From contig CAWHFW010000002.1 of the NCBI GenBank assembly GCA_963828735.1, positions 832,001-896,000 of the forward strand: 64,000 bases of DNA, in the 5' to 3' direction. This document shows positions 52,033 to 60,820 of this stretch, piece after piece. The notes beneath the pieces are model-generated. The model worked only from the letters and a program-made list of their open reading frames with translations, was not told the DNA's origin and did no database searches. This stretch comes from an uncultured Gemmatimonadales bacterium (GTDB taxonomy: Bacteria; Gemmatimonadota; Gemmatimonadetes; Gemmatimonadales; GWC2-71-9). Every line of letters begins with the position of its first letter. Positions within the stretch are counted from its first letter, which is position 1. Both the position numbers and the translations under genes were made by a program.

Positions 52033-53989
52033 GACTCCTCCTTCCAGCAATCTCGCCGCCGGCGCCACGACCGACGATCTGGCGCTACTCCGCCGGGTCA
52101 CCGCCTTCGGTCAGGAGCTGGCCGGCACGCTCAGGCGCGCGTCGGTCATCGACCTGCTGTTGCGCCACATCAGGGAGAGCCTCTCGCCCACCGAGATCTC
52201 CCTCACCCTGTTTCACCGGGACGCCGACGCGCAGGACTTCGTGCACGCCTGGCCGACGGGCCGACCCGACCGCCGACCCCTGCTCCAGCTCGTCGAGCGC
52301 CTCGGGCCGTTGGTGGTGCCCGATGGGCTCGAGACGCTCGCGGCCCAGGGCGACCTCGCAGCCCAGCCCGACAGCGGCGGTTCCTGGCTTCTGGCGCCGT
52401 TCGTCGCCCGGGGCAGGGTGACGGGCGCCCTGGCCATTCGAGGCGAGGCCGGCCGCTTCGGCTCGTCTTCCCTGCGGCTGCTCGAAGGGCTGGTGGCCCA
52501 GGCGAGCATCGCGTTGGAGAGCGCCCGGCTCGTGGACCTTCACGACGACGGGCGTCGGTCCTGGCAGGAGGTGGTCGATGCGATCTCTCCTGCCCTGTGC
52601 ATCGTGGATCGGGGCGGCCGGATTCGCCGTGCCAACCGCGCGTTTGCCGATCTGGTCAATGCCCCGCCGGCGAGTCTGATCGGCCGCCCCTGGCAGGCGT
52701 TCGCTCCACCTGAGTGGGTCACCGATCTGCAGCGGGCCCTGGATCAGCAAGGAGCGGGCCGCGAGGTGGACCTCCGGACCGGCGAGCAGACCTATGCGGT
52801 TACCGCGGTGCCGATTAGCAGCACCGACCGATCCACTCTCGTGCTGCTCTTCGATGATCAGACGGAACGGCGGCGTTTGCAAGACCAGCTCATCCAGTCG
52901 GAAAAGATGTCCGCCATCGGGCAGCTCATCGCCGGCATCGCTCATGACCTCAACAATCCCCTCGCCTCGGTCGTCGGCTTCGCGGATTTCCTAGGTGAAG
53001 TGCCCAACGTGCCCCCCACCCTCCGCGAGCCGCTCACCGTCATCCGGGAGGAAGCCGAGCGCGCATCAAACATCGTCAAGAACCTGTTGAGCTTCGCCCG
53101 AAAGCAGGAGCATCAGCGTCGTGCCACGGCTCTCAGCCCGCTCCTCGACGCGACGTTCGTCCTCCTCCGCAACCAGCTCATGGCCCACCGGGTCGAGGCA
53201 GCGGTCGAGATCGAGCCCGATCTGCCGATGCCGGACATCGATCCGAATCAGATTCAGCAGGTCTTCGTGAATCTCATCAACAATGCCGCGCAGGCCATCG
53301 CGAGCACGGGCCGTCCCGGCCGCGTCTTGGTCCGCGCCCGCCGCTGGCTCGACGGGGTAGCCGTCGATGTGATCGACGACGGCCCCGGCATGTCGGAGTC
53401 GCTCGCGGCGCAGGTCTTCGAGCCATTCTTCACCACCAAGCCGGAAGGCGAAGGCACCGGCCTCGGGCTCTCGATCAGCCAGGGTATCGTGCGCGAACAC
53501 GGGGGCCGCATCATGCTCTCGAGCGAGGAGGGACGCGGATCGACCTTCAGCGTGCAGCTGCCGCTCGCGACCAGGCCACCTGCCCCGACCCCCACCGAGG
53601 GGAGCGGCCCTCCAACGAAACGCCTCCGCGTGCTCGTTGTCGACGACGAGCCTCACATTCTCCACTACATGCACGCCACACTCGAGGCGTGGGGGCACGT
53701 CCCGGTGGTCGCCAGGAACGGCCGCGAGGCCCTCGAGCTGGCTGACCGCGAGCCGTTCGACCTGGTGATCTCCGACCTGCGCATGCCCGAGCTGAGCGGC
53801 CGCGAATTCTACGAGGCGCTCGCGCAGCGACGTCCGGCCCTCGCCGCGCGAGTCGTCTTCAGCACCGGAGACACGGTGCGCGGTGACACGCTCGCCTTTC
53901 TCGAGAGCCTCGACCGTCCCTATCTCCACAAGCCGTTCAGTCTCGCCGAGCTGCGCACGCTCCTCGCCGCGATCGTTCGGGACGCGTGA
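52031..53989 (+). CDS. Hybrid histidine kinase (GAF-PAS-HisKA-HATPase-REC)
   Basis: QSEKMSAIGQLIAGIAHDLNNP, NLINNA, DDGPG, FFTTK, GTGLGL, VVDDE, SDLRMP, KPF. Confidence 0.9.
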   Translation: MTPPSSNLAAGATTDDLALLRRVTAFGQELAGTLRRASVIDLLLRHIRESLSPTEISLTLFHRDADAQDFVHAWPTGRPDRRPLLQLVERLGPLVVPDGLETLAAQGDLAAQPDSGGSWLLAPFVARGRVTGALAIRGEAGRFGSSSLRLLEGLVAQASIALESARLVDLHDDGRRSWQEVVDAISPALCIVDRGGRIRRANRAFADLVNAPPASLIGRPWQAFAPPEWVTDLQRALDQQGAGREVDLRTGEQTYAVTAVPISSTDRSTLVLLFDDQTERRRLQDQLIQSEKMSAIGQLIAGIAHDLNNPLASVVGFADFLGEVPNVPPTLREPLTVIREEAERASNIVKNLLSFARKQEHQRRATALSPLLDATFVLLRNQLMAHRVEAAVEIEPDLPMPDIDPNQIQQVFVNLINNAAQAIASTGRPGRVLVRARRWLDGVAVDVIDDGPGMSESLAAQVFEPFFTTKPEGEGTGLGLSISQGIVREHGGRIMLSSEEGRGSTFSVQLPLATRPPAPTPTEGSGPPTKRLRVLVVDDEPHILHYMHATLEAWGHVPVVARNGREALELADREPFDLVISDLRMPELSGREFYEALAQRRPALAARVVFSTGDTVRGDTLAFLESLDRPYLHKPFSLAELRTLLAAIVRDA

Positions 53990-55056
53990 GCCTGCGCGTC
54001 GTCCACGTCGCGTCGGGACGCGAGTGGCGTGGCGGGCAGCGACAGGTGTGGCTGCTCGCGCGAGAGCTCGAGCGGTTGGGCGTTTCTCAGGTGGTGGTCA
54101 CCGGGTCGGGCGGGGCGCTGGCGTCGCGGCTTCGCGGCGACGGCGTGCCAGTGCGCGGGGTCCCGTGGACGATGGGCCTGGACCCACGAGTGCTGCCGGC
54201 GGTCGTTGCCGAGCTGCGGAGGGGTCGGTCCCTGGTGCACGCGCACGACGCGCACGCCGTCACGCTCGGCGGCGTCGGTGCCACCCTCGCGCGCCGGCCG
54301 CTCGTCGCCACGCGCCGGGTCGATTTCCATCTCCGGCGGCGCGGCTGCTGGGGTCGCGCGGCCAAGATCATCGCGATCTCCCATGCCGTTGGCGACGTGC
54401 TCGTGGCCGACGGCATCGCACCGGATCGCGTCGAGATCGTCCATTCAGGCATCGCCCTCGATGAAGTGCGCCGTACGGCCCGATTGGGCATCCGGGCGCG
54501 ACTCGACCTTCCCCCCGATGCCCTGATCGCGGCCAACGTGGCGGCGCTGGTGCCGCACAAGGACCAGGCCACGCTCGTGCGCGCCGCCGGGCGCCTCGCC
54601 GAACCGCTTCCGTCGCTCCACTGGGTCATCGCCGGTGAGGGTCCCGAGCGCGCCGAGCTCGAGCGGCTCCGAGCGTCCCTGGGACTCGAACACTGCGTCC
54701 ACCTCCTGGGCCACCTGGAGGAACCGGCCCGGCTCGTGGCGGATGCCGACTGCTTCGTGATGAGCTCGCGCGAAGAGGGGCTGGGCACATCCGTGCTCGA
54801 GGCCATGGCTCTTGGCATCCCGGTTGCGTCCACCACGGCGGGCGGTCTCCCCGAAATGCTTCGCGACGGTGCGGGCCTGTTGGTTCCCCCCGCCGATCCC
54901 GCCGCGCTGGCGGACGGCGTCGCGAAGCTCCTCGGCGAGCCCGCGCTCGCGCGCGACGTCGCGGCGCGGGCAGCCGTGATGGTAGAAGGTTTCAGCGCCG
55001 CGCGCATGGCAGAGGCAGTCCGATCGGTGTATCGTTCTCTGGCCCCATTTCCTTGA
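53986..55056 (+). CDS. Glycosyltransferase family 4
   Basis: WRGGQRQ, HAHD, HKDQ, SREEGLGTSVLEAMA. Confidence 0.9.
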   Translation: MSLRVVHVASGREWRGGQRQVWLLARELERLGVSQVVVTGSGGALASRLRGDGVPVRGVPWTMGLDPRVLPAVVAELRRGRSLVHAHDAHAVTLGGVGATLARRPLVATRRVDFHLRRRGCWGRAAKIIAISHAVGDVLVADGIAPDRVEIVHSGIALDEVRRTARLGIRARLDLPPDALIAANVAALVPHKDQATLVRAAGRLAEPLPSLHWVIAGEGPERAELERLRASLGLEHCVHLLGHLEEPARLVADADCFVMSSREEGLGTSVLEAMALGIPVASTTAGGLPEMLRDGAGLLVPPADPAALADGVAKLLGEPALARDVAARAAVMVEGFSAARMAEAVRSVYRSLAPFP

Positions 55057-55062
55057 CGGATC

Positions 55063-55854
55063 ATGATTTACGTTTGCATACCGAGCCATGATGAAGCCCC
55101 GACGGTGGGGCTCCTGCTGTGGAAGATTCGACAGGTCTTCGCGGCGTTCCCGCGCGAGTACCAGTTGCTGGTTCTGGACGATGGTTCGTCGGACACGACG
55201 GCCGAAGTCCTGGAGCCGTACGCCCGTGTCCTGCCCCTCACCGTCATTCGGCGGGAGGGTCGCCAGGGGTACGCGGCCTCGGTCGAGCAGCTGCTCCGGA
55301 AAGCGGTTGATCTCACCGACCGTCCCAAGCGTGATGCCGCCATCCTCATGCACGCGGACTTTGCTCACAACCCACAAACGCTTCCCGATCTCGTCCGACG
55401 GATCGAGAGCGGCGCCGACCTCGTGATCGCCGAGGGGCGGCTCGAGGGCGAGCCGTCGCGCGGTTACCGCCTGCTTCGGCGGCACGCGCCGTCGCTTCTA
55501 CGCGGCGTGGTGTCCGTGCCGGGCGTGAGAGACGTCGTCTCCGGCTTTGCCGCCTTCCGGCTCGTGGCCCTTCGAAACGCGATCCGGAGTCAGGCGGACC
55601 GCCTGTTGCAGACCGATGGGTGGGCCGCGAACGCCGAGCTGTATTGGCGGGCCGGCCGCTATTCCCGGCGCGTCGAGACAGTGGCCTCGGTGGAGCGGCA
55701 CGACCTTCGGGCCCGTCCGTCCAGGCTCCGGCCGCTCGAGGCCGCGACCGCCCTCTGGGCGGCGCGACGCGTGCTGCGAGCGTTCCCCGTGCCGCCGGCC
55801 CCGCCGGAGACGTCGCCTCGCCGCGAGGCGGAGCCGCAGGCGGTATCCTCGTGA
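55063..55854 (+). CDS. Glycosyltransferase family 2 (DPM/ArnC-like)
   Basis: VCIPSHDE, VLDDGSSD, QGYA, MHADF, DVVSGF. Confidence 0.8.
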   Translation: MIYVCIPSHDEAPTVGLLLWKIRQVFAAFPREYQLLVLDDGSSDTTAEVLEPYARVLPLTVIRREGRQGYAASVEQLLRKAVDLTDRPKRDAAILMHADFAHNPQTLPDLVRRIESGADLVIAEGRLEGEPSRGYRLLRRHAPSLLRGVVSVPGVRDVVSGFAAFRLVALRNAIRSQADRLLQTDGWAANAELYWRAGRYSRRVETVASVERHDLRARPSRLRPLEAATALWAARRVLRAFPVPPAPPETSPRREAEPQAVSS

Positions 55855-56597
55855 TGGCCACGCTCCTGGCGCTTACCCTGCTCCAGGCGCCGCCGACCGA
55901 TCCGCCGGCATCCGCCTATCCGTGGGCCGTGGGAGAGACGCTCACGTATACCGCCAAGCTCGGGATCCTGTCGCTGGGTTCGGGGACCCTTCAGGTTGCG
56001 GGCATCGACACCGTGCGGGGGATGGAGTCGTTCAGGCTTCGGTTCCGGCTGCAGGGAAGGACGATCGTCTATTCGCTCGACGACGTGCTCGAGTCGTTCG
56101 TGGGGACAAAGGACCTGATCTCGCGCCGGTTCGTGCAGGATTTCGTGGAGAATGGTAAGCCCACGAAGCGCCATTACGAGATCTTCCCCGACTCGGGGTA
56201 CTACCGCGAAGAGGGAAAGCCCGGCACCCAGCCAGCGCCACCCGACCCGCTCGACGACGCGGCGTTCTTCTACTTCGTGCGCGTGACCGAGCTCCAGGTG
56301 GGCAAGAAATACACGTTCAACCGATACTTCCGGAAAGAAAAGAATCCGGTGACGATCGAGGTCAGGAAGCGCGAGAAGATGGAGCTGCCCGATGGCCGCG
56401 AGGTCGAGTGCCTGGTGCTGCATCCGGTCATCGACACCAAAGGCATGTTCTCCAAGCGCTCGGAAACCCAGATCTGGCTCACCGATGATGCACGCCGTCT
56501 GCCGGTCCAGATCCGCACCAAGTTCCCCTTTGGCACCATCACGCTCCGGATGAGGGAGATGGTGCTTCCGCCCACGACGGCCGCCTCGGACCGCTAG
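55854..56597 (+). CDS. Exported DUF3108-like protein
   Basis: Short signal, GETLTY, IWLTDDARRLPVQI. Confidence 0.7.
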   Translation: MATLLALTLLQAPPTDPPASAYPWAVGETLTYTAKLGILSLGSGTLQVAGIDTVRGMESFRLRFRLQGRTIVYSLDDVLESFVGTKDLISRRFVQDFVENGKPTKRHYEIFPDSGYYREEGKPGTQPAPPDPLDDAAFFYFVRVTELQVGKKYTFNRYFRKEKNPVTIEVRKREKMELPDGREVECLVLHPVIDTKGMFSKRSETQIWLTDDARRLPVQIRTKFPFGTITLRMREMVLPPTTAASDR

Positions 56598-56599
56598 GC

Positions 56600-57568
56600 G
56601 TGACCTACCGCGAGGCCGACCTCCGCCGGCTCACCACGGTCCCCGTGGCTGGGCGCCGGAACAAGGTTGATCCCTCGCTCCTCGCCACGCCGCCAGGCGC
56701 GGACCGAACCTTCGACGCGTTCCTCGACAGCCTGCCCGACGTGCTCGCCGCGCGGGACCTCCGCGCGGTCATTGCCGGCGTGGCGGGTGCCGCCCGGGGC
56801 GGCCGCGGGGTCGTGCTGCTCATCGGCGGGCACGTCATCAAGGTCGGTCTCGGACCCCTGATCCGGACCCTACTCTCGAAGGGCGTGGTCACGCACCTCG
56901 CCCTGAATGGCGCGGCCGCAATCCATGACTTCGAGCTCGCGGCGTTCGGCGGGACGAGCGAGGACGTCGAGACCGGACTCGCCGATGGCAGTTTCGGGAT
57001 GGCCGAGGAAACGGGCGCGGAAATGAATGCGGCCATCGGTGCAGCGGCCGCCGCCGGACAAGGCATGGGCGAAGGCCTGGCGCGCGCACTCGCCGAGCGC
57101 CCGGCTCTTCCAGGACGCGAGGCCTCGGTCCTCCTGGCCGCCCACGAACGCGACGTGCCGGTCACGGTGCATGCGGCGATCGGCGCCGAGATCATCCACC
57201 AGCATCCAGCTGCTGATGGTGCCGCGATCGGCGCCACCAGTCATCGCGACTTCCGGCGGCTGGCCGGCTCGCTGCCCGCCCTGGATCAGGGAGGCGCGGT
57301 CCTGAACCTGGGGAGTGCGGTCGTGCTGCCCGAGGTCTTCCTCAAGGCGCTCACGATCGCGCGGAACCTGGAAGCGGGAAGGCCCACTCACTTCCTCGCC
57401 GCCGACTTCGATATGCAGCGCCATTACCGGCCGCGCCTTAACGTCGTCCAGCGACCGACCCGGGCCGGCGGCGCGGGGTACCTTTTGACGGGACATCACG
57501 AACTGCTGCTTCCGACGCTGGTGTGGGGCATCCTCGGCGCCCTGGGGAAGGGTGAACCCGGATCATGA
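56600..57568 (+). CDS. Hypothetical protein, deoxyhypusine-synthase-like fold suspected
   Basis: GGHVIKVG, IHDFELA, GSFGMAEETG, GSAVVLPEVFLKA, GHHE. Confidence 0.6.
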   Translation: MTYREADLRRLTTVPVAGRRNKVDPSLLATPPGADRTFDAFLDSLPDVLAARDLRAVIAGVAGAARGGRGVVLLIGGHVIKVGLGPLIRTLLSKGVVTHLALNGAAAIHDFELAAFGGTSEDVETGLADGSFGMAEETGAEMNAAIGAAAAAGQGMGEGLARALAERPALPGREASVLLAAHERDVPVTVHAAIGAEIIHQHPAADGAAIGATSHRDFRRLAGSLPALDQGGAVLNLGSAVVLPEVFLKALTIARNLEAGRPTHFLAADFDMQRHYRPRLNVVQRPTRAGGAGYLLTGHHELLLPTLVWGILGALGKGEPGS

Positions 57569-57675
57569 GGCCGAGCGTCGGCTAGGCAAACGAGGACCCT
57601 GCCCGAGGAATGAGCCAACCATTCCCCGGGCAGGGTCCCTCGCTGCGTCCGACTCAGCGCCGCGCGGCCGAAGGG

Positions 57676-57891
57676 CTATATCGCCGGCCGGCCGGCGATC
57701 ATCTCCCGCACCCGCGCGGCCGTATCGGGTGCGATCACCTTGAGCACCAGATAGATCAGGAAGCCGATGAACGCGAACCACGCGATCGTCACCAGCAAGC
57801 CGACCAGCAACCCGAACAGGCCCAGGAAGACCTTGATCAGGAAGATCGCGATGACGGCGAAGATCGCGAAGCCAAGCAGCTTACGGAACAT
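57676..57891 (-). CDS. Small membrane protein (71 aa, 2 TM)
   Basis: Strongly hydrophobic; GAGGG upstream. Confidence 0.75.
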   Translation of the reverse strand: MFRKLLGFAIFAVIAIFLIKVFLGLFGLLVGLLVTIAWFAFIGFLIYLVLKVIAPDTAARVREMIAGRPAI

Positions 57892-57925
57892 GGTAGTTTC
57901 CCTCGGGAGTCAGGTCAGCGCGTCC

Positions 57926-57952
57926 TACGCCAGGACGTTTCAAAAAGTTTCA
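57926..57952 (-). promoter_or_regulatory. ECF sigma promoter (SigW/RpoE-like)
   Basis: Minus strand TGAAAC-TTTTT...(N17)-CGTA, 34 nt upstream of ATG 57891. Confidence 0.6.
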
Positions 57953-57964
57953 TAGGAAATATAA

Positions 57965-59071
57965 GTGGCTGCGAGCTACGATGTTATCGTCGTGGGCGCT
58001 GGGCCGGTAGGGGCCGCCTCCGCCAGGGAGATGGCGCTGGCCGGCCGCCGCGTTCTCCTGCTCGATCCCGGCGGCGAGATGGGCCAGGCCTGGCGCGCCG
58101 CAGGGGGGATGCTCGCGCCGCAGATCGAGACCGAGCCCGAGGACCCTTTGCTCGAACTCGGCCTCGCGGGGCGCGAACTGTACTCGCCGTTGACGACGGC
58201 CCTGCGCGACTCGACGGGGATCGATATCGGGCTCTGGCGCGAGGGCATCGCCCACGTCGCGGCCAGCGAGGCCGAAGCCACCGACCTGCGAGCGCGGTGC
58301 GCGTGGCAGCGGCAACACGGCTTTCTCAGCGACTGGCTCGATGCCGGCGAAGTGAAGGCGCGATGGCCCTGGCTCGGGCCGACCGCCGGTGCCCTCTGGG
58401 CCCCGCGGGAGGGCGCCCTCGATCCGGAGAAGCTCGTCGCGGCCCTGCTGGCCGATGCGGAACGGCTGGGCGCAGTGCTCCTCCGCGACACCGTGGTCGG
58501 CATCGATCAGCGCGGCGACCGCGTCGCCGGCGTGATCGGCCGGGACGCCCGGTACTCGGCCGCGGACGTGCTGATCGCGGCCGGCGCCTGGTCGGGAGCC
58601 ATCGAAGGCGTGCCGCGGCCGATCGCGGTGGCACCTGTACGCGGTCAGATGGCCGCGCTGCCGTGGCCGCCTGGCGCGCCGCGCGGCATCGTGTACGGCC
58701 ACGGCTGTTACCTGTTGGCCCGCGGCGACGAAGCCATTCTCGGTTCGACGATGGAGTACGTCGGGTTTCGCTCGGAGACCACGTCGGCGGGACTGGCGCG
58801 CATCTTCGCGGGGGCGACGGCGCTCTGCCCGACCCTGAGCACGGCCGCCGTGAAGCGCACGTGGGCCGGCCTCCGGCCGGTGACGCCCGACGGGCGCCCG
58901 ATCATCGGCGCGGAGCCCCGGCTTCCCGGCCTGTGGTACGCCACGGGCCACGGGCGAAACGGCATCCTGCTGGCCGCGATCACGGGCGTGATCGTGCGCC
59001 AGCTGCTCGACAACGAGCCGACGGTCGAGGACATAGACGCGTACGCGCCGACGCGTTTCTGGTCGTGGTGA
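57965..59071 (+). CDS. thiO: Glycine oxidase ThiO / D-amino-acid oxidase family
   Basis: VVGAGPVG, AAGGMLAP, AAGAWS, PVRGQ, WAGLRP, GHGRNGILLA. Confidence 0.8.
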   Translation: MAASYDVIVVGAGPVGAASAREMALAGRRVLLLDPGGEMGQAWRAAGGMLAPQIETEPEDPLLELGLAGRELYSPLTTALRDSTGIDIGLWREGIAHVAASEAEATDLRARCAWQRQHGFLSDWLDAGEVKARWPWLGPTAGALWAPREGALDPEKLVAALLADAERLGAVLLRDTVVGIDQRGDRVAGVIGRDARYSAADVLIAAGAWSGAIEGVPRPIAVAPVRGQMAALPWPPGAPRGIVYGHGCYLLARGDEAILGSTMEYVGFRSETTSAGLARIFAGATALCPTLSTAAVKRTWAGLRPVTPDGRPIIGAEPRLPGLWYATGHGRNGILLAAITGVIVRQLLDNEPTVEDIDAYAPTRFWSW

Positions 59072-59323
59072 ACGGCACGAGTCGCCGACTACCGGACGGC
59101 AGAGGTCAGTAGAGCAGTAGAACGAACCTGCGCCCTCTGCAGCCCGATAGCCGGCGACCCTGGGCCCGCCCTCGCATCGATTGGCCTCACGCCCGCGTAC
59201 TCCGGGCCGCTCGTCGTGTTCGCCGAAGGTCCCCGACCCATCCCCGACGCAGCAACTACGCCAGTCCGGTTCGCGCCGGATTCATGCCTCGTTCTTCCTC
59301 GTACCCCTTCTCCGCCTCCTGAC

Positions 59324-59349
59324 CAATCCGATCCCGGGCGACCGCCGTA
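59324..59349 (+). promoter_or_regulatory. Candidate ECF promoter for the DUF4331 operon
   Basis: CAATCC-N16-CGTA, 48 nt upstream of ATG 59398; ECF sigma encoded at the end of the cluster. Confidence 0.5.
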
Positions 59350-59397
59350 CCTGGGCTGCACACGAGGTCCGTCCCTCAACCCAGGAGAAGGAACGCC

Positions 59398-60144
59398 ATG
59401 ATCACCAGACCGGTCCACCGCCGGCAGTGGCTGGCCGCTGGCGCCACGCTCGCGCTCTGCGGCACGATCGCCGTCGCCGTCGCGCGGGCCTCCGATCACC
59501 AGGACACGCCCTTTGTCGAGCTGAATCCGAAGACCGACCTGACCGACGTCTACGCGTTTCCAGGCGGCTCGGGCCGCATCGTCCTCGCCATGGATACCCG
59601 CGCCTTTCTCACGCCGGCGGGGGCGACCGATCCCGAGCAGGCGTCGTTCGACCCCAACCTCCTCTACCAGTTCAAGATCGACACCGATGGCGATGCCCTC
59701 GAGGACAAGGTCCTCCAGATCACGTTCAGCGGCGAAGGGGCGAGCCAGCAGGTCTTCGTGCGCGGTCCCCTCACCCCGCCCGTCAAGGGCGCGATGGGCA
59801 ACGAGGTGGCGGACGCCAGCCCGGCGCTGAGCGGCGCCATCGGCACCGTGCTCGGCTCGGGCAGCGGCATGCAGGTCTTCACGGGTCCTCGCGACGATCC
59901 GTTCTTCATCGACCTCGAGGCCGCGTTCTGCATTCTGCCGGATCGCCGGCCCGTCGGGGGCCAGCTCTCGGGCTCCTGCGCGCTCACGCCGAGCCAGCCC
60001 GGGACCCCGTTCTACTTCCGGAGCCCCGGCGTCAACTACGTGAGTGGCTTCAACGTCAATTCGATCGTGATCGAGCTGCCGACGTCGATGATCGAGGGCA
60101 GCGCCCCCGGCCGGCTCGGCATCTGGGGCACCATCAGCCAGTGA
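59398..60144 (+). CDS. DUF4331 family protein (N-terminal half), exported
   Basis: Signal ending ARA, then SDHQDTP; DLTDVYAF, FDPNLLYQFKID, VFTGPRDDPFFID, NVNSIVIELP, GIWGT. Confidence 0.85.
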   Translation: MITRPVHRRQWLAAGATLALCGTIAVAVARASDHQDTPFVELNPKTDLTDVYAFPGGSGRIVLAMDTRAFLTPAGATDPEQASFDPNLLYQFKIDTDGDALEDKVLQITFSGEGASQQVFVRGPLTPPVKGAMGNEVADASPALSGAIGTVLGSGSGMQVFTGPRDDPFFIDLEAAFCILPDRRPVGGQLSGSCALTPSQPGTPFYFRSPGVNYVSGFNVNSIVIELPTSMIEGSAPGRLGIWGTISQ

Positions 60145-60178
60145 TCCTCCCGCGACCCGAACTCCACAGGAGTCTACG

Positions 60179-60754
60179 ATGCAGCTTCGCATTTTCACCG
60201 GCATCACGCGTCGGCTAGCGGTGGCCACGGCCATGGCGGCGGTGAGCGTGACGGCCCTCGCCTGCAACGACGACAACGGCGACAACGGCGGGACCGGTCC
60301 CGGCACGACGCGGATGTACAACCAGGGACAGCGGCTCGGCAACCCGCTCGTGAGCGAGGTGCTGCTCTCGAAGCGCGATCACGCGGTGCACGGCTCGATC
60401 GGTCCGGACCAGGACGCGACGCTGGTCGCGCCCCTGGTGGTGGATTTCATGACCAACGTGGCGGGGCGGGACCCGGCCTACATCCAGGCCATCGCGCCGG
60501 CGCTCATTCCCGACGTCCTCGTGGTCGACACGAGCAAGGATCCGTCGACGGCCGGCTGGCTTTCGACCACGCTCGCGGGCGGTTACGGCGGTCGCAGGCT
60601 GCAGGATGACGTGGTGGACCTGGCGCTCACCGCGGTCTTCGGCAGCGCGCTGGGGGATGCGGCGCATGCCACGCCGGAGCTCACGACCGACAACGTCGCG
60701 TTCGATTCGCCGAACGTCACCGGCACCTTCCCGTATCTCGCGCCACCCAACTAG
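60179..60754 (+). CDS. DUF4331 family lipoprotein (C-terminal half)
   Basis: AGGAG RBS, ALAC lipobox, QRLGNPLVSE, PDVL, GGRRLQDDVVD, FPYLAPP. Confidence 0.8.
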   Translation: MQLRIFTGITRRLAVATAMAAVSVTALACNDDNGDNGGTGPGTTRMYNQGQRLGNPLVSEVLLSKRDHAVHGSIGPDQDATLVAPLVVDFMTNVAGRDPAYIQAIAPALIPDVLVVDTSKDPSTAGWLSTTLAGGYGGRRLQDDVVDLALTAVFGSALGDAAHATPELTTDNVAFDSPNVTGTFPYLAPPN

Positions 60755-60762
60755 GGCCGAGA

Positions 60763-60796
60763 CGTTCTCCGGTCGCCGCATGGCGGCCGGAGAACG
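60763..60796 (+). other. Intercistronic stem-loop without U tract
   Basis: CGTTCTCCGGTCGCC / GGCGGCCGGAGAACG 15-bp stem (one G-U), GCAT loop. Confidence 0.6.
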
Positions 60797-60820
60797 CGCG
60801 CATTCGAAAGGACGCACCCC

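Noticed and set aside
57892..57964. TPP riboswitch upstream of thiO
   Set aside because: Gap is only ~70 nt and lacks the CTGAGA/GATCAGG-type core.
59072..59320. ~250-bp unassigned intergenic stretch as ncRNA or small ORF
   Set aside because: No recognisable RNA motif or convincing ORF; a covariance-model search would be needed.
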